Source: Raillietiella orientalis
Lineage: Eukaryota
Assembly: GCA_036172245.1 (NCBI GenBank)
Contig: JAYWIR010000023.1
Coordinates: 868,001-932,000 of the forward strand
Direction of reading: 5' to 3'
DNA length: 64,000 nt
Below the pieces are notes generated by a model. The model searched no databases. It was not told where the DNA came from and worked only from the letters and a program-made list of their open reading frames with translations. Every line of letters begins with the position of its first letter. Within the stretch, counting starts at the first letter, position 1. Below, piece by piece: positions 1 to 14,600 of this stretch. A program made the position numbers and the translations under genes.

Positions 1-224
1 CCCCTCTTTCTTTTTTTTTTTTGACTGTTTTGTTTTTGTTTTATTTTTTTCTTTCTGTTTGTCTCCCCTTCCCCTGTGCTGCCGAGGCAAAGCCTGCTGG
101 TCTGCGTGGCAGATCCCGGCAGGTTCCTTTTCGTATTCATAAGTAACGTGGCAGGATCAAACGATCTGCCACAGACGTGTGTGTTTATTTTTTATAAATA
201 AACGCCCGGAATGACCGGGTGTGA
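1..224 (+). mobile_element. 3' end (3' UTR) of an L1/Tx1-clade non-LTR retrotransposon of the same group as the 54.6-64 kb cluster (copy E); continues left of the window
   Basis: Pyrimidine/T-rich tract, CTGCCG(79-84)...CTGCGT(102-107)...CGGCAG(117-122) stem, and terminal AATAAACGCCCGG-AATGA-CCGGGTG (197-221). The same motifs end the four elements at 54.6-62.1 kb. Confidence 0.8.
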
Positions 225-392
225 ACCAGTGCCGCCCCCGAAGCCTACAGTCTAACTGAAGTCATCCTGCCGGAGGTTCTTGAAACCCACTACGCATCCC
301 CCATTGTCGCTGTGGATCCTCCACGCGGGGATTCGAACCCGCAACGCTTGGTGCCTCCATGCTCGGAGGCCTCAGCCACACGGTCGCTCAAT
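225..392 (-). mobile_element. Probable tRNA-derived SINE head and start of body
   Basis: Minus strand reads CGACCGTGTGGCTGAGG (A-box/D-arm-like), CCTCC-GAGCAT-GGAGG hairpin, then GGGTTCGAATCCCC (B-box, plus 329-339). No proper acceptor stem, so not a real tRNA. Confidence 0.45.
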
Positions 393-2673
393 TCGTGCTA
401 CAGAACAGTCTATAGGACACTGCACGGGAACTTCACCAAAGGAGGCGTTGCAATTCTGCCGTGGACTCGCGGGTGTCGTGAGAATGGTCTCCCATAGAGC
501 TCTATAGTCGGAACAGGACAACAGATCCTCCTCGATAGTCGCAATCCTGAACGCATTCCAGAGCAGGCCAAAAGCGGAAGCGAATGGAGAGGATGCGACC
601 TTTGCTATGGGCGCAGACTTCGAGGAGCGCGCCATCCTGGAAGCACGGGGGAAAAAAAACCGAGGGGGAAGGGAAGAGGGAGGGAAAGAAAGGGAGAAAG
701 CACTTCGTAATTGCTGTGGTGATGACAGCGGAGTTGAGCTGGAAATCTGCTTGAACGGAACGTGATCACATCTTCGGATCACACGAGGAGTACTCCTCCT
801 GAAGCTTCAATCCACGAAGGCAGACGCAGGATCCTCAAGTCAGAGTAAGAAGCAGCCAAGGAAGAAGAATCACACGAAGATTCGAGTGGGATACAGTGAA
901 TCAGGGGGGAGGGAGTGGCTTTGGAGTTTTCCTTAGAGCATGAAGGGAGGTCGAAGGGAGCGAGGATCAATTTCGCATCCCCTGTCTCTTTGAATTCTGC
1001 ACACTGGAGAAAGAAAGAAGGAAAGGAAAGGAAGGAGGGAGGAGAACAGATTTTCTGGCATGAAATCACTCTGGGAACAGAAGTCGAGATGACTGAACCG
1101 GGGGTTCCTATGCAAAATGCTTGCGAAACACTCCCCCTTCAGGCTAAGGAACGTCTGCCGTAGAGGACGGTGATTCCCTTGTTTTCCAAATTTCCCTTTT
1201 CCCTAAAGGGAGGGCTTTCTAGTAGGAAGAGTGAACCACTACACGTTCTTCTGCTGGCCGAGCGTCTTAAAAGTCTGCACAGCATCCAAACAGCAGATGA
1301 GTGCGCCTTCAAAATGTTTTCAGTTAGCAGAGAAGATGCGGAAACCAATTTCAGTCACCCCTGTCGAGATCCCTCCCCAGATGAATCGAAAAGGTCAGAC
1401 TTGAAAGAAGCGGACATCAGCGATGAAAAGATCCAAGGATCACGCCCCTAGCGATTTTGAAACAGCAGCAAACAGGAACGATGCGAAAAGCAGGCTGGAT
1501 GCGCTCTGGCTTGCCTCCGGATGCTTTCTGAACGAGACCGAATCTCCCTGTCGAGTGGCCTTCCGTATCTGTTCATCACGGTCAGCTGCAGGACAGAAGA
1601 ACTCCAGGAGCTCGAATTGTTTAGAAGTTTCTCACTGGCCGCACGTTTAGGTCGATTCACCTCCAGAGATTACGACCCTCAGAAAGTCTTATCTGTCCCC
1701 GAGTTCATAGGAGTAGTTCATCGCTCGGGTCACGAAGGAGCTGGAAAAATTGGGCGCGGAGCGGCTCCAGTTCTCCGGTCTCCTCCACGCATGCTGCGAT
1801 GCTTCCTTCGACTTGCAGTCTAGAGGAAAGACGCCGTGGCAGAAAGGCGAAGAGGCCGAAATGCCGGCCCGCCAGTTCTCCGGGGATAACCAAGAGAGTC
1901 GAGCATTTTCGACGACTTTCCGAGGCGCTCTGATTCTTCTTTTTAAATTCCAGTCCACGGGGAATTCGCTGACAGTCCAGCGGTGCAGATGCTGGCGATG
2001 CTTCCATATGTTCATCTTTCGATTCACTCCGAAATGCATTTGGCGCCCATGGTAAAAGTCCAGTTCAGGAACAGAATCAGATGAAGAATCTTTTGATCTG
2101 TTGAACTCAAAATTTTCTAGATGCTGCAGACCCGAGTCTTTTTTAATATTATTATTATATTTGTTTTTTTTTAAAAAAAAAAAAAAAATCTTTCGACACT
2201 GAGTCTTCTCTCTAGAAGTTTCTCAAACCAGATCCTCTACTTTGGTCCTGAAGTTGCGTTGGTGTGGTTCCCATGTCCAAAGTGTCAGACGCTGGGATGC
2301 ATTCACGCGAAATTCACGGATGAGACGAGGATGTTTGATTCCGTCTTGATTCATCGAGGTGCACTGGGTAAACAGGGTGGTGCGTTTTACTCCACCCCGA
2401 CCCCGTTGATCTCGGTCTTTTGCTGCGATTCGAGTCGTTCCGGGATCCCAGCAAGATACGTCGGCGAAACCCGTTCCCTGGTGCCTGGCAACAGGCAGCT
2501 TCTGGTGACTGATTAGGCGTGAGGCAGACAGGGAAAGTGCGAACCACTTCTCACTAGATGACTCTGCTCCCGAACGAAAATTAGGGGTCCCGTGGATCGC
2601 GCATATCACAGGCAGGCAGCACTCGGGAAAGCTCAGTGCGGCTCTTGGCAGTCACTTGAGCTTCGGCATTGCG

Positions 2674-5600
2674 ATGCAGGATCTCAGTGCAATTTTTCAA
2701 GGTTTGCCTGTTGAGCCGCTACCGCCTCCGAGGAAGCGGAGTGATCTTTTGGCTCATGCTCCTTTCGTAAACAGCGGACTGAACCCTTCGGAAGTAAAGG
2801 TGAGCGTGACTCGTTTTTGCGAATGAGAAGTAGAAGAATTCTTGCAAAACGTCTCATTTTTCTGCTTCATTTCGTTAAGGATGAATGGTGGAAAAATGAT
2901 GATGCATTGCTTGCCTACATCTTGAGATTAGAGAAAAAATTGTTGCTACGCGTGCTTTTCCGGACAAAATAGATATGCTTGACGAAACACATCAGTGAAC
3001 GCAGAGCGTTGCTAAAGTGAAAGCATAGCACCTTCATCCCTTTCTAGAGATTAGAAATCAGGATCTCTCTACAGACACTCCTTGCGATACGTGCTAGAAG
3101 AAGCCAGATGCATAATTTGCAATCTTCCTGCTGAGTGATGCGCCTGACTTTTCCTCTCCATATGATAAGCGCTTTGCCTATTCAAGATTGTGACAGAAGA
3201 GATTTCTGTCCGTTCATCAAAATACTTCGTGTCCTCTTTACGAGCTGCCAGGCACATTGAGAAGAGAGCCTTCTTGTAGCTTCTCCCTTTCTTCTTATCT
3301 CATCTGTAAGCAAGCCATCCATAATCCTCCGTCGCAAAACTGAATGAGAATCTCTTACGTCATTGCACAGAGAAGAAGACAAACGAAACTTTAAAAAAAA
3401 AAAAAAGAAAGCCTCGAAAATCAGAAATGCTTGCTTCTCGGGGCAGCCAAGCAAATGGACAACCAATCTTTGATCAGCATCACATGATCAGCTTTTCACC
3501 TTCTGTGATCAGACTGGATCGGAACTCTGAAATGGAAAGATCAGTTGGGATGAGGCGGTTTCATTCGCTGGCGACTAAACCTATCCACTTGCTCTGCTGC
3601 TGCTGCTGCTGTTCACTGCTGGTCTTTTGAAGCACGTGCCTTCCGGTCAGCCTGCGCTCCACAACGGTTCATTCCATGAGGAAATCTTAGAGCTCATGAT
3701 GGAATCGAAGTGATGACAAGTCGGGAGTTTTTCATAAAACTTTTCGCTCGATTTCACTTTGGCCCGAGGATCCGCAAGTGCCATTTAAAGCAGCTCTGCT
3801 GAAAGTTCTCCGTGAAGTACTCGGAATACTACTTTGGAGGAATGTTTTCGACATTCCGATTTTCCGTGCGTTGTGTGCTTTGTGTCTTCTCTGATGGTAG
3901 CGGAAACGAATCACCAATCGGGCCGAATCTTGAGCTGCAGCTTCCGAATAACCATCACCGAAGATGTAGCAAAGTTCAGGCGAGTAGCTTCTCACCCAGA
4001 ATGCTATTCAATCGGTGCCAACAAGCAGTTACTTTGCTACTTGTTTGGTGGAAAAGAGCTCATAAAAAGCAGATGACTGTGTATTAGATCAATGCGTTGG
4101 CTCTTTTTTTTTATTTTTTTTTTACTCCGAGAAGCCGCGACTCTTAACTGGGAGATTCGAGTGTTCTCCAGAAAGAAAAACGACCGATTTTTAGCTCTAG
4201 AAGCTCTATGAAAACCCCAATCGTGGGGGGATTCCCTATAGCTCATTTTCTTCGTTACAATTATACGAGAAAATGATTTCGCCTGGGGCACCAAATGGTG
4301 ACCAGGAAAGGGAATTGAATTTCCTCATACCACTAACTTGAAGCAATCGAAATAAGATAGAGAATAGCGGAAGCTGCGTTTCCAATGGCACCAATAATTC
4401 AAAAGGAATTTCCCTGCGGACACGTACTGGTAGGACCAGGAATGGTTGGTTATTCCTGCTCATATCATTCTCTATAACACATGAATGAAAATGGAATTTA
4501 TGCTTGCAGAAATTTATAGAATCAATCGAATGAACTATTTACATTATCAATTTCATCTGCCGTTTGCTTTGTTTCCTAACCAAATACCTCTTAATAATTA
4601 ATATAATATATATCATGATGGCATCTTGAGGTATTTCCAGTAGTCTTCGGAAAAATTCCGGTTTCATGTGTGCTATCACGATCGATTGTATTCTGTAGAC
4701 TCTTTCTCCAACGAATTATAGGTCCTGTTGTCGTCATTTTTAAAATTTCCAGTCACTGTAGCCTTTAATCAAACTGGACCATGGATTGCCTCAGCTGTTT
4801 CGGAGATCACAACATTGTGTGCTTTTTCAGTTAGTGCTCTTCCTTGAGATGGTATGTTATTGCTCTTTTCATCTTCGATCGCTCCTTTTCTTTCTTTCTT
4901 TTTTTTCATTTTAGAAACAGTGCTGTTGTTTTCATCGTATTCGCTTTTTTTTCCTTCCTGATTCCAGCAGCAACTTCTACTGCCAATTTCAATGCAGTTA
5001 ATTAAAATTCCAGATATAGTGAATGATACATGGAATTCGGCAATACAAGTTGCTGCTGGAATCAGGAAAAAAAACAAAAGCGAATACGATGAAAACAACA
5101 GCACTGTTTCTAAAATGAAAAAAAGAAAGAAAGAAAAGGAGCGATCGAAGATGAAAAGAGCAATAACATACCATCTCAAGGAAGAGCACTAACTGAAAAA
5201 GCACACAATGCCGTGGTGCCAAAGGACACCTGGAACCATCTGCAAAGCTCTGATAACTTTCTGGAAAATTTCCGTGTTCCTTCTATCCGAATCACCAATT
5301 CCAGAGAAATCCTAGCCGTGACAGCAAGAAAATTATCCTAAGCTCCTCCCATTCAGTTCTTCCAGATAACAAAGATCCGCATAAGTCATCGAGGGCATCC
5401 TGTTCCATAAAAATATTCCAATCCAGTGGCTGCTCACAAGAGTTCTGCCATTCGATTCCTCACTTGGAGAGCAATCACGTAATGCGAAGTCGAACGGAAA
5501 TTTTCAATTTTTCGTGTGAACTCTCTACAAGCGGATGAGGGATGAAAGATGAATTCGCGTTCCCTTCGTTCTTTCCGAAGGAATTTCCGCACGTCTATGG

Positions 5601-8600
5601 TCCTCCCCGGTGAAAGAAATAAGCGATGCGTCCTCGAATGGGAATTTCTCGAGCGCCCTCAGCGGAAGAGGAAATCACTTTGCAGGAATACTCGGGGATG
5701 CACACTTTTGGGTAGGAAGTGGAAAGTCCGCAATTTCCACGCAGCTATAAGCCATGGCAATTCACGGTCATTCGATGGCTGTAGCTCCATATTTTTCCCG
5801 AGCAAAAATTCAATCACGGTGCAAAAATGGTCGGAACGATTCCCATATTACTTTTTCCGGTAGTGTTCATCTTTTCCTACGGCTTCCTTGACACCCGTGA
5901 AAAGGACTCTTGTTGACAAAGTCCTCTGGAATCTGTCGGACCCGCGTAGGCCATTTCCTAATAACCTCTCTATCATCGCTTACGCATTAGTAGAATAGCA
6001 TCTTTCACTGGTCCAAACGGATGGTATTACGAGCCGAATCCGTGTGGTATGTTAATGGGCAAGGCACTGCACAGCAATTTGGTGATGCTGCTGTTTCATT
6101 CAAAATGCTGTGCGGCCTTGAGTTATTGAGGATGAGGACATTCTCCTTTCGCAGCCCTGGCTGAACGCCCCCTTCGTGTTTTATGGACTCTTTGCAGGGT
6201 GCTGATGTATTCCCCTCTCAATGTTCCTTTGCCCTATTAGTCGGCTGGAATTTTTATTTTTATGTCCCCGCAAATGGTTGCATTGCTTCTGCTCAAAATC
6301 ATCAAAATCATCTTGGGCTTCTTGATTGGCAAAGTCGTGAGATGCCATCCCACAAGTTGTCGTCTCTTTTCGGGCTCAAACTGGTGAGCTCTTGTCTCAT
6401 CAGCAGCAATCCGTCAAAGAAGGTCGCGTCCTTATCGAACCAGCAGCTCGCCCAGAATGTTCTTCCTCCGGGCATTGCGTTCTGGTGTCGGCTGTCCAGG
6501 AAAAGAAAACAGGAACATACTGCCTGCTGAACATACTGTCCAGGAAGAGCTTCTGGACAGCTCTTTCGTTTTCTTCACTGATTTCGAGCTACAGAGTCGG
6601 ATCTTTCAGGCAACACATTAACGTTCTCCCCAGATGATCTCACTAGAAAGTTACAGGGGGTGCGGTGGCAAGGCGTTCCCAAGGGTAGGCGGAGCCATGT
6701 GGTCCATCAGAGAGGTAGAAGCCACCTTTCGTCGACGGTCCCGCACGTTGGCATGCAGTTATCCTTCAACAAACAAAGCAGTCTCTGAAAATGTTTCCTG
6801 ACTCTCGTGGAAATCACCTGTTGTTCCTGTTGGGAACTCTGTGGCTTGCTTCTCTATCAGACGGCATTTTAGCCACTGGGCTGCAACCATAAAGGAAGTC
6901 CCTGGAAAGGTGTGGAGCTAAAATCTGAAACAGTCACGCCAACTGTTATGTGCTTTCGAGGATTTTCGACCGATAAACAGATATGGAGGAAAATTTGCGT
7001 GGAACTCGTGAATGGGAAAAGTGCCTGCAATGAGTAGGGTGTTGAATTTTGCGCAAAACAATAACAAAATGGAAAACGCTTTTCCGAGCCATCAAATAGA
7101 GGGTGTGGTGTTTCTACCGCAGCAGTATTATGTATTATAGAGCTAGATCTGCAAGCTGTTCAGCAGAAATCGTAGTTTTTGATGGATCCCGAAACTGAAA
7201 GATCAACTCAAGAACTGGAACAGAAATTATTTAGCTAGAGACCGAGCAGGAGACAAATTACATGTTAGAAACAGGAAGTAGGGTAGAGTTGTGTGAAAGC
7301 GTGAAATTATGCAAAAGATCGGGAACAGAAGCCTCATGTTGTAGAAGCCGAGGAATGCGCTGCGAGATGCAGCTGCAAGCACCCTTAGACTCCAGAAGGA
7401 ACGTGGCAGACTGGGAGGCTGGATTCACACGCACACTCCCTATGCTCCGCAAGCAGTGCTCGTTCGTTAAATGGCGCAGGGGAACAGATATGACTCACGC
7501 TGTTCGCTGTTTCCTCACCATGGTCTGGTGGTCCATAATTCAGTACTTTTCACAGCTGCATTTGTATGATCGTGTCGTGACAAAATGGCGAACAGAAAGG
7601 AACGTAAGCACTAGGCCATAGTAGCATTCTCACTAGACGCATCCGTTCCTGCAGATCTCGAAAAAATGTCCCTCGTCTCCACGCGGAAACCAATTTCCAG
7701 ACGAATGCGATTCGGGAAAAAATCACAGGAAGAAACGATGCAATTCTCTATGCTGCAACAGAAAATTACGCCCAGCCACGCCAAAGGCACGCATATCTGT
7801 GTGTGCGCATTCAGTTAAAAACAAGCAGCTGACACGCTCGAAGGTACACTATGGAGTGGTAATGTTATGTACAGCCATTATAACCCTGGTATCTCTTGTT
7901 TCACCCTTCATTACTAATCTCCTTCCATAATTAATCATGATCAGCCATTCTGCACAAGGGAAACCTCTTGCGAGTTTGCTATAGAAATTTTTCTTCCTGC
8001 AGAAATATAATAATTATTATTATTACTGTTATTGTTATTCATAGATCATATTTCACTGAGGTAGATGAATTCACGTATTGGAAGCGGATTGTACGTACAG
8101 TAAACTTAGCTGTAACTAGTACTGGTCGGCTGCTCTTTGTAAGCTCTGTGCGTTACTCCAGGGGAACAGAAAACGCTCTTTACAAATCACATATGAAAAC
8201 GATGGTGGTGTATTTGGGACATTGAATTTAAAAAGCTATGAAATTCACATAGTCATTGAGGAATTTTACTGGGAAAACATCCAGGAAATGCAGGTTTGCG
8301 TGGACTCTCATCTGCTGGGTTGCATCTGTTTTCGTCTCAGCTGGCTTCAGTCTACCGTACTTGCCTTCCATAGAAATGCTTACTCGAAAGTATGGAGTAC
8401 TCCCTCTTATCTTATTTCGAGATGCTCAACTTCCGTAGTAGCTACTCCTACTGATACTTGTTCTGGATCTGAAATGGAAAACAATCTTGTCCAGCAGCGG
8501 AATGGAAAAATGCATCGGAGATAGGAACCGAAGGGAGCATTAAAGGATTGCTGTTGCCCGAAGCTCATGACTGCTCCGGTGTCCTCCTCGGTTCTCTTTT

Positions 8601-11600
8601 CCTTCAAAAGTGTGGAAAATTCAATCAGGCTTCAAGGGATGCAATGGGTTTTTGTGGAAAGTGCAGTAGTCGTTTGTTTGTTTGTCTTATTTCCTCAATA
8701 ATCTTGGTTCATTGGTGTTGGTAACACTGGTCTTTTACTGCTCACTTAAAAAACAGCAGAATATTGCGATAATGCCATCTTTTTATTACCAAAAATTCAG
8801 GAAAGCATTTTGAAAAGAGAAGCCAAACGTATATTCGGCGGACAACTTTGCATGAACTGTACTTTGCTTTCTATGCATGTGATTACATTTATATGTATAC
8901 AGTACAGATGTATGTGTGTATTCTGTATACGTGTGGAACATGATTTACAGCAGGGTGTGCTGCCCAAATTGAACTGTGCCTACAAAATCGTCTCCGCAAA
9001 ATTCATGGCTTGCCTTTTATTTTTATTCAACTTTTTCTGACGATGTATGGGGAAAAAAGGGTATTCATGTCGTTAATTATTCGACAGGACTTGTACGGGA
9101 TGATTGTATTGCGTCACAGGCACCTAGGAAAGCGTTACAATTTTAAGATATGCAGAGAGTTCGGCATCATTTGCACGGCTGCCCTTGAATGTGGTTGAAG
9201 CTTTGAGCTGAATAATTAAGTACTTCGTATTCAATCCAATAACACTTGACAGATGTACAAGCTAATGGGATGCAGACTTTGAAATCTTCCAAAGGGGTGG
9301 AAAGAGATTCTTGAATTATCTCAAATAGATGTTGTTGGTTTGCATGTCCCCCGATCTTATAGTCAGCATTTAGAAAAATATCGCTGCCTGCAAATCTGTT
9401 GCCTCTAGAAAGTACCACCAAAACGTTCGGCATCACACCAAAAGGTACAGTATCGTCCAGGCACCTCGTTCCTTCGGGATGTCAGCAAGTGACTGTATGG
9501 CTGCTTATATTGCGCTGATAGACACCTGGATGCGTGTTTTCGTAAATGGGGACAATTTTATGTGATGAGCTGTACGTCTATACGTGCGTCTGCTCAAAGC
9601 TTTTGGTACAAGAACAACGAAAAGAGACTTGCAAAAACCAAAGATGCAAGAGAACTTCAGTTAGAAGGCAAAAGTGGACAGAAAAAGCAAGGTGGATCTC
9701 TATACAGCAGAACAGACATTTCGGGAAGACGTAGGCTTACAGGATTTCAAAGTGTTTTTGCATTTCTCAGACGCTCTCTACATTTTCTTCCAAAATTTCT
9801 GTGCTTGGTTGCATTGAGATCTAAGGAAGGGATGATCATCTGCCAAATGCAAGATACAGTCTCGTAACGTAGGCAGCGGCGTTTCTGTGGTGACAACCGA
9901 CTTGATGCTGTCTCTTGGAAACTGCCCCAAGCGCTCAAGACCTGAAGAAGACAAAAAAAGCTTTTTGTGTTTATCGACTTACAGCCTCCGAAATCTATTA
10001 GAGTACCTGAATTCACAATTACTTCTCAAACTGATATGAGCTTATGAAGCAATCGAGTAGCTATGAAGCAGCCTTCCGTGTCCATCTTCATTCACACCAA
10101 TGTGTGAAAATCAATCGGCGGAAGGTGACCACATCAGCACCAAACACAGCAGCAAAACCCCAACTCCAGTAACTCGACAGTGTTTCACAGGGCAGCAATG
10201 TGCCTGCTTATCTTGTTAGCTGGTAACCCCTAAAATCGGCTATCCAGACTCTCAGCTGATATCCCTTTGTTTTCGAAGAACAAAAATCCAGCAAAATGAT
10301 CTTCAAAGTCGAGCATGAATTCGGAAGAATAAGTGTCGCTAAGGGGGAGCCATTTCCTCGGGGACATGTGAAGTAAGCAAATTTCGTTTCCGGAACCAGC
10401 GACCGACCAGGCGACGTTTCTCGTAGCTCTGTCCTCCCAAAGCTGAGCACGAATCACGGATATTCCACCCGATATTCTGCCTTTCGGTTTCCATTATAAA
10501 GAAGGAGATCCCGGAAAGAATGAGGCGGAGCTTTTCTCCACGCTTGCGAGCTCTCAGTACTCTGAGGAGCGCAGGTCGGCATCGGAATTCCAGGATGGAC
10601 GGAAAAGCCGAAAGCAGTGCGTCCGCATTTCGCGTGCAGCTTCCAAGCTGATCTTTCTTTTACCGATTTTTTTCTTGTTCGTGTTCCATCGGTGCCCTGC
10701 CCTCTCCTGGATTCAAGTTTCCCAGCAGCCCGCAGTGGGAAACGCGTTCTGCCGGACTTCGGAAAGAAAGCCCACGTGGAATCAGCAGGTACAAGAGATC
10801 CAGAACTGGAAGGTTCCGAGCCAGGAAATTTGCTCACGGTGCTTTGCAAAACCTAGGAGGGAAAATTTTCACTCCATCATAATGAAGGAAGAACCGTCCG
10901 GAAAATTTGTCTGAGAAAGTGTGAGGAATAATAAAGCAGTGGATGGTGGCTGCAGCGAGTAGAGTCGGTGTTCCCCCCGGAATCGCAATGGGGTAAAGGG
11001 CAACAAAAAAAAAAGTTCAGGAAATGAAGAGAAGAGAATGGAACTCATTAAAAGCTATCTCGAAAGGCCAGCTCACCGAGGCTAACTGGAAAAGTTAGCT
11101 TGATTGAATCTTCAGCGTGATCCATCATACTTGCTGAGTCTTCCGTTCAGCATGGAGACACTGGAACGTTCTGCAGAAGATTCCAGAAATTGTTCCACTT
11201 CCCAAAGAGCAATCTTGAACTCGTCCTCTCTTTAAAAAGAATAATTCTTCATGTGGTTCTTGTTATTCTGAGCTTCTGGTAAAACCTGTTTTTGAATTTA
11301 GAAATGGGTATCATCTTTGTAAATAGTTGCTAAAAATCCGAATACGAAAATATCAGCCCATCGGTAAAATGATGTAATGATAGTTCTCGTCTATCAGATT
11401 ACATATACATTATCTAGTATTGTGAGTGCGATAATGCAAGTGTGTCTGACCTGATGTTTTTTTTTTTTCCTCTTCTTCCAGCTAGCTCTCCGAAATGCCC
11501 TGAGGTATTTTCCCAAATCAGTGCATTCCATCCTGGCTCCAGAGTTTCTAGAAGAGTTAAAAACCTACGGACACATTTACATGTACCGGTTTCTACCTCC

Positions 11601-14600
11601 TTTGAGAATAAAAGCGTATCCTCTGAACTGGTATCCTTGTAAAAATAAGCATGCAGCCTGCATAGCTCTGATGATTATGAATAACTTGGATCCCGATGTT
11701 GCTCAGTTTCCGGAAGAGCTTGTAACTTACGGAGGGAACGGCCAAGTATTTTCAAACTGGGCTCAAGTACTTCAAAATGCAATTCAAAGAACAATCATTG
11801 TATTTCAAAAAGTTTTGGATAGTAATGGAGTATCTGGGCTGCTTGACTGACCAGCAAACATTGGTTATGTATTCTGGTCATCCTCTTGGTTTATTTCCCA
11901 GTTCTACCTCAAGTCCTAGAATGGTCATAACAAATGGGATGATGGTTCCTAATTACTCTTCAGTCACCAACTACAACAAATTTTTTTCTTTGGGTACGAC
12001 AATGTAAGAAAATTTTTCCTGCATGCTCTTTGTATTCATTTTCGCCTCTGGTATTTAGGTATGGACAGATGACAGCAGGTAGCTATTGCTACATTGGCTC
12101 TCAGGGCATCGTACACGGAACCATGGTAAGTACATAAACGTTCTGTTGTTTTCCAAGCCTCAGGAGCAATCAAAAATTTAAGCAATGAGGTCTTCAAAAT
12201 GAATTATCCAAGTAGGTGATTCAACGATGTCACATTGCGTGCCGCATCCTGTTGAGTTCAGCAACATCCGAGTGTTTACTGTAAAACTGTGTGTCCCAGA
12301 GTAGAACAAGAGTAGAACCATTTTGACCTTAGCAATCTGCTTCTAGTTTAGAAACGCAAGTCAGCTCAAGTCATAAAAGTCCAGTGCGTTATTTAAATTA
12401 CATTTGAATAAATATGTCTAATCTTACATCTGTCCTGCTGTAAGCGGCATCTTAGAGCCTTAGCAATTTCCCATTGAGAAAATTACTTACTATTCAAATA
12501 TTAAAATAGCAATATGCCATAATACGTGAAGAATCTCGTTTGTCTCTCTCCTGATTGCCCACATCACTCTGAATCACTGGAATTTCCTTGTCCGTCTTTC
12601 GTCCTTGGATTGTATATACTAGAAACACTTCCATTTTGTTGCTAAATCATTTTATGTAACGAACATACTTTTGTTGGTCTGACTGACAAAAAATTCCATC
12701 AGAGAGAAATCAGGCAACAAAATTCATTCTGGCAAGGATCTGACGTCTTTTCAATCAAACGTATTAAAAGCTGCGAGTGCAGAACATCATTATATCTAAA
12801 GTAAATGGAAGGATAGAAACTCGTCTAGCTACTCAAATTGATGCTTTCACACATAACAATTGCGCAAAAGTATCTCTTCAAAAGTACCATAGAGCTTCTT
12901 CTTCTTTTTTTTCATTTACAATTTATTTCATTGTGTCCGTTCTTAATGCGCGTGTACATATCTAGCTGACCATCAAAAATGCTGGAAGAAAGTACCTTGG
13001 GCGTGAAAACTTATCTGGAACCGTCTTCGTTACCTCCGGTCTGGGAGGAATGAGTGGAGCACAGCCTAAGGCAGGAGTGATAGCTGGATGCATAACAGTT
13101 GTGGCTGAAGTATATTCTGCATTTGTAATCCTATTGACAACACTTCTTACAAGTCACATGATTCAGGTGTCCAAAGATGCTCTGATGAAACGGTACGATC
13201 AAGGCTGGGTGATGGAAATTGTAACCGACGTTGAAGAACTCTTACAACGCATCTGCGTTGCCAAGAAAGACCTCGCAACAACTAGCATTGCTTACACTGG
13301 AAACGTGGTGACCTTGTGGGAAGCGCTAGTCGGACACTACCAGAAAACTGGGGAATTACTGGCTGAATTGGGCTCGGACCAAACTTCGTGTCACAACATC
13401 TTTAACGGAGGCTACTACCCCGTCCAGTTATCCTTTGAGGAGTCCCAAGCGGTGAGTTGAATACTTATCGCGATTCTCCACTCCAGTTCCATCCTTCAGC
13501 TCATGGCGCGAGATCCGGACAAGTTTAAATCTCTGGTACAGAGTAGCCTGAGGAGGCAGGTCAATGCCATAAACATCCTTTGCAAGGCTGGAATGAAATT
13601 TTGGGATTACGGAAATGCGTTTTTGCTTGAAGCTGGGAGAGCAGGAGCAGACATCTTCAAGGATGATGGAATAGATTATAAATATCCTTCGTACGTCCAG
13701 GATATTATGGGGTGAGACCGAATAGCAAATTAAAACATTCTACGTGACACCATAGAGAGATATTTGCTTTAGGGTTTGGACCTTTTCGCTGGATATGCAC
13801 CTCATGTGACATGGGAGATCTTGATATTACTGACCAGATAGCCAAGACCACTATCGAATCACTCCTCCAACGTAAGCATCATCATGTTCTCTGGTGTGTA
13901 AAGATGCTGAGACGCGGAAACATAAGCACGCCTGAATGTTGCACGCGTTCCTAATAACGGGAAAGTTTGAGAGCGAATCGAGTCTTGCTGTTGTCACCTC
14001 ATCTTTCTTGAACTCTGCAGCTTGTTAGATGCCGTGATTTTGGAAATCGACGCACATGGATCATCCTAATTAGGGCACAGATCATTGATGCTTTTCCTTC
14101 AGAAAACTATTATGGTCACTGGCGCTTCTATCAAAGGACAAAGCCCATGTGCTCGACAGATCCTATGAAACAACTTTTCATAAGCTGCAAACAATATTCG
14201 AGAAAGACTTGAATGTGTTGCTGTTGTTGTTGAAGCGACCTTACTATATGCAGTGCTGTTTTTTATTCAGAGGACTTAGAGAAGGAAACTCAGCTGCAAT
14301 ATATTGACAACTACAAATGGATAGCTAAAGCCAAAGACCACAGACTTGTTGTTGGATCATGCGCCCGCATTCTCTATTCTGATAGGAGAGGACGGGTCGC
14401 CATTTCTACAGCATTCAACCGCAGCGTATCCAGGGGAGAACTAAAGGTAAACTTTCGTCTGCACGAAATACCAGAAATTACGCGATCATCTGCGCTGCTG
14501 AATCATCATTTTCTGATTTGAAACATCGCAATGATGTAATCGTTAATTAATTCCCAGTTTATTACCTGGAATCTTACTTAGGCCCCAGTCATCATCAGTC

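Noticed and set aside
400..11400. Many 60-136 aa ORFs upstream of UROC1 and within its intron 1
   Set aside because: No recognisable domains or consistent exon chains; ORFs 4769/4992 merely mirror the inverted repeat.
13110..13166. Apparent peptide insertions in ORF-track proteins (also 39415-39459)
   Set aside because: These are stop-free introns of 3n length with GT-AG ends; removing them restores collinearity with homologues.
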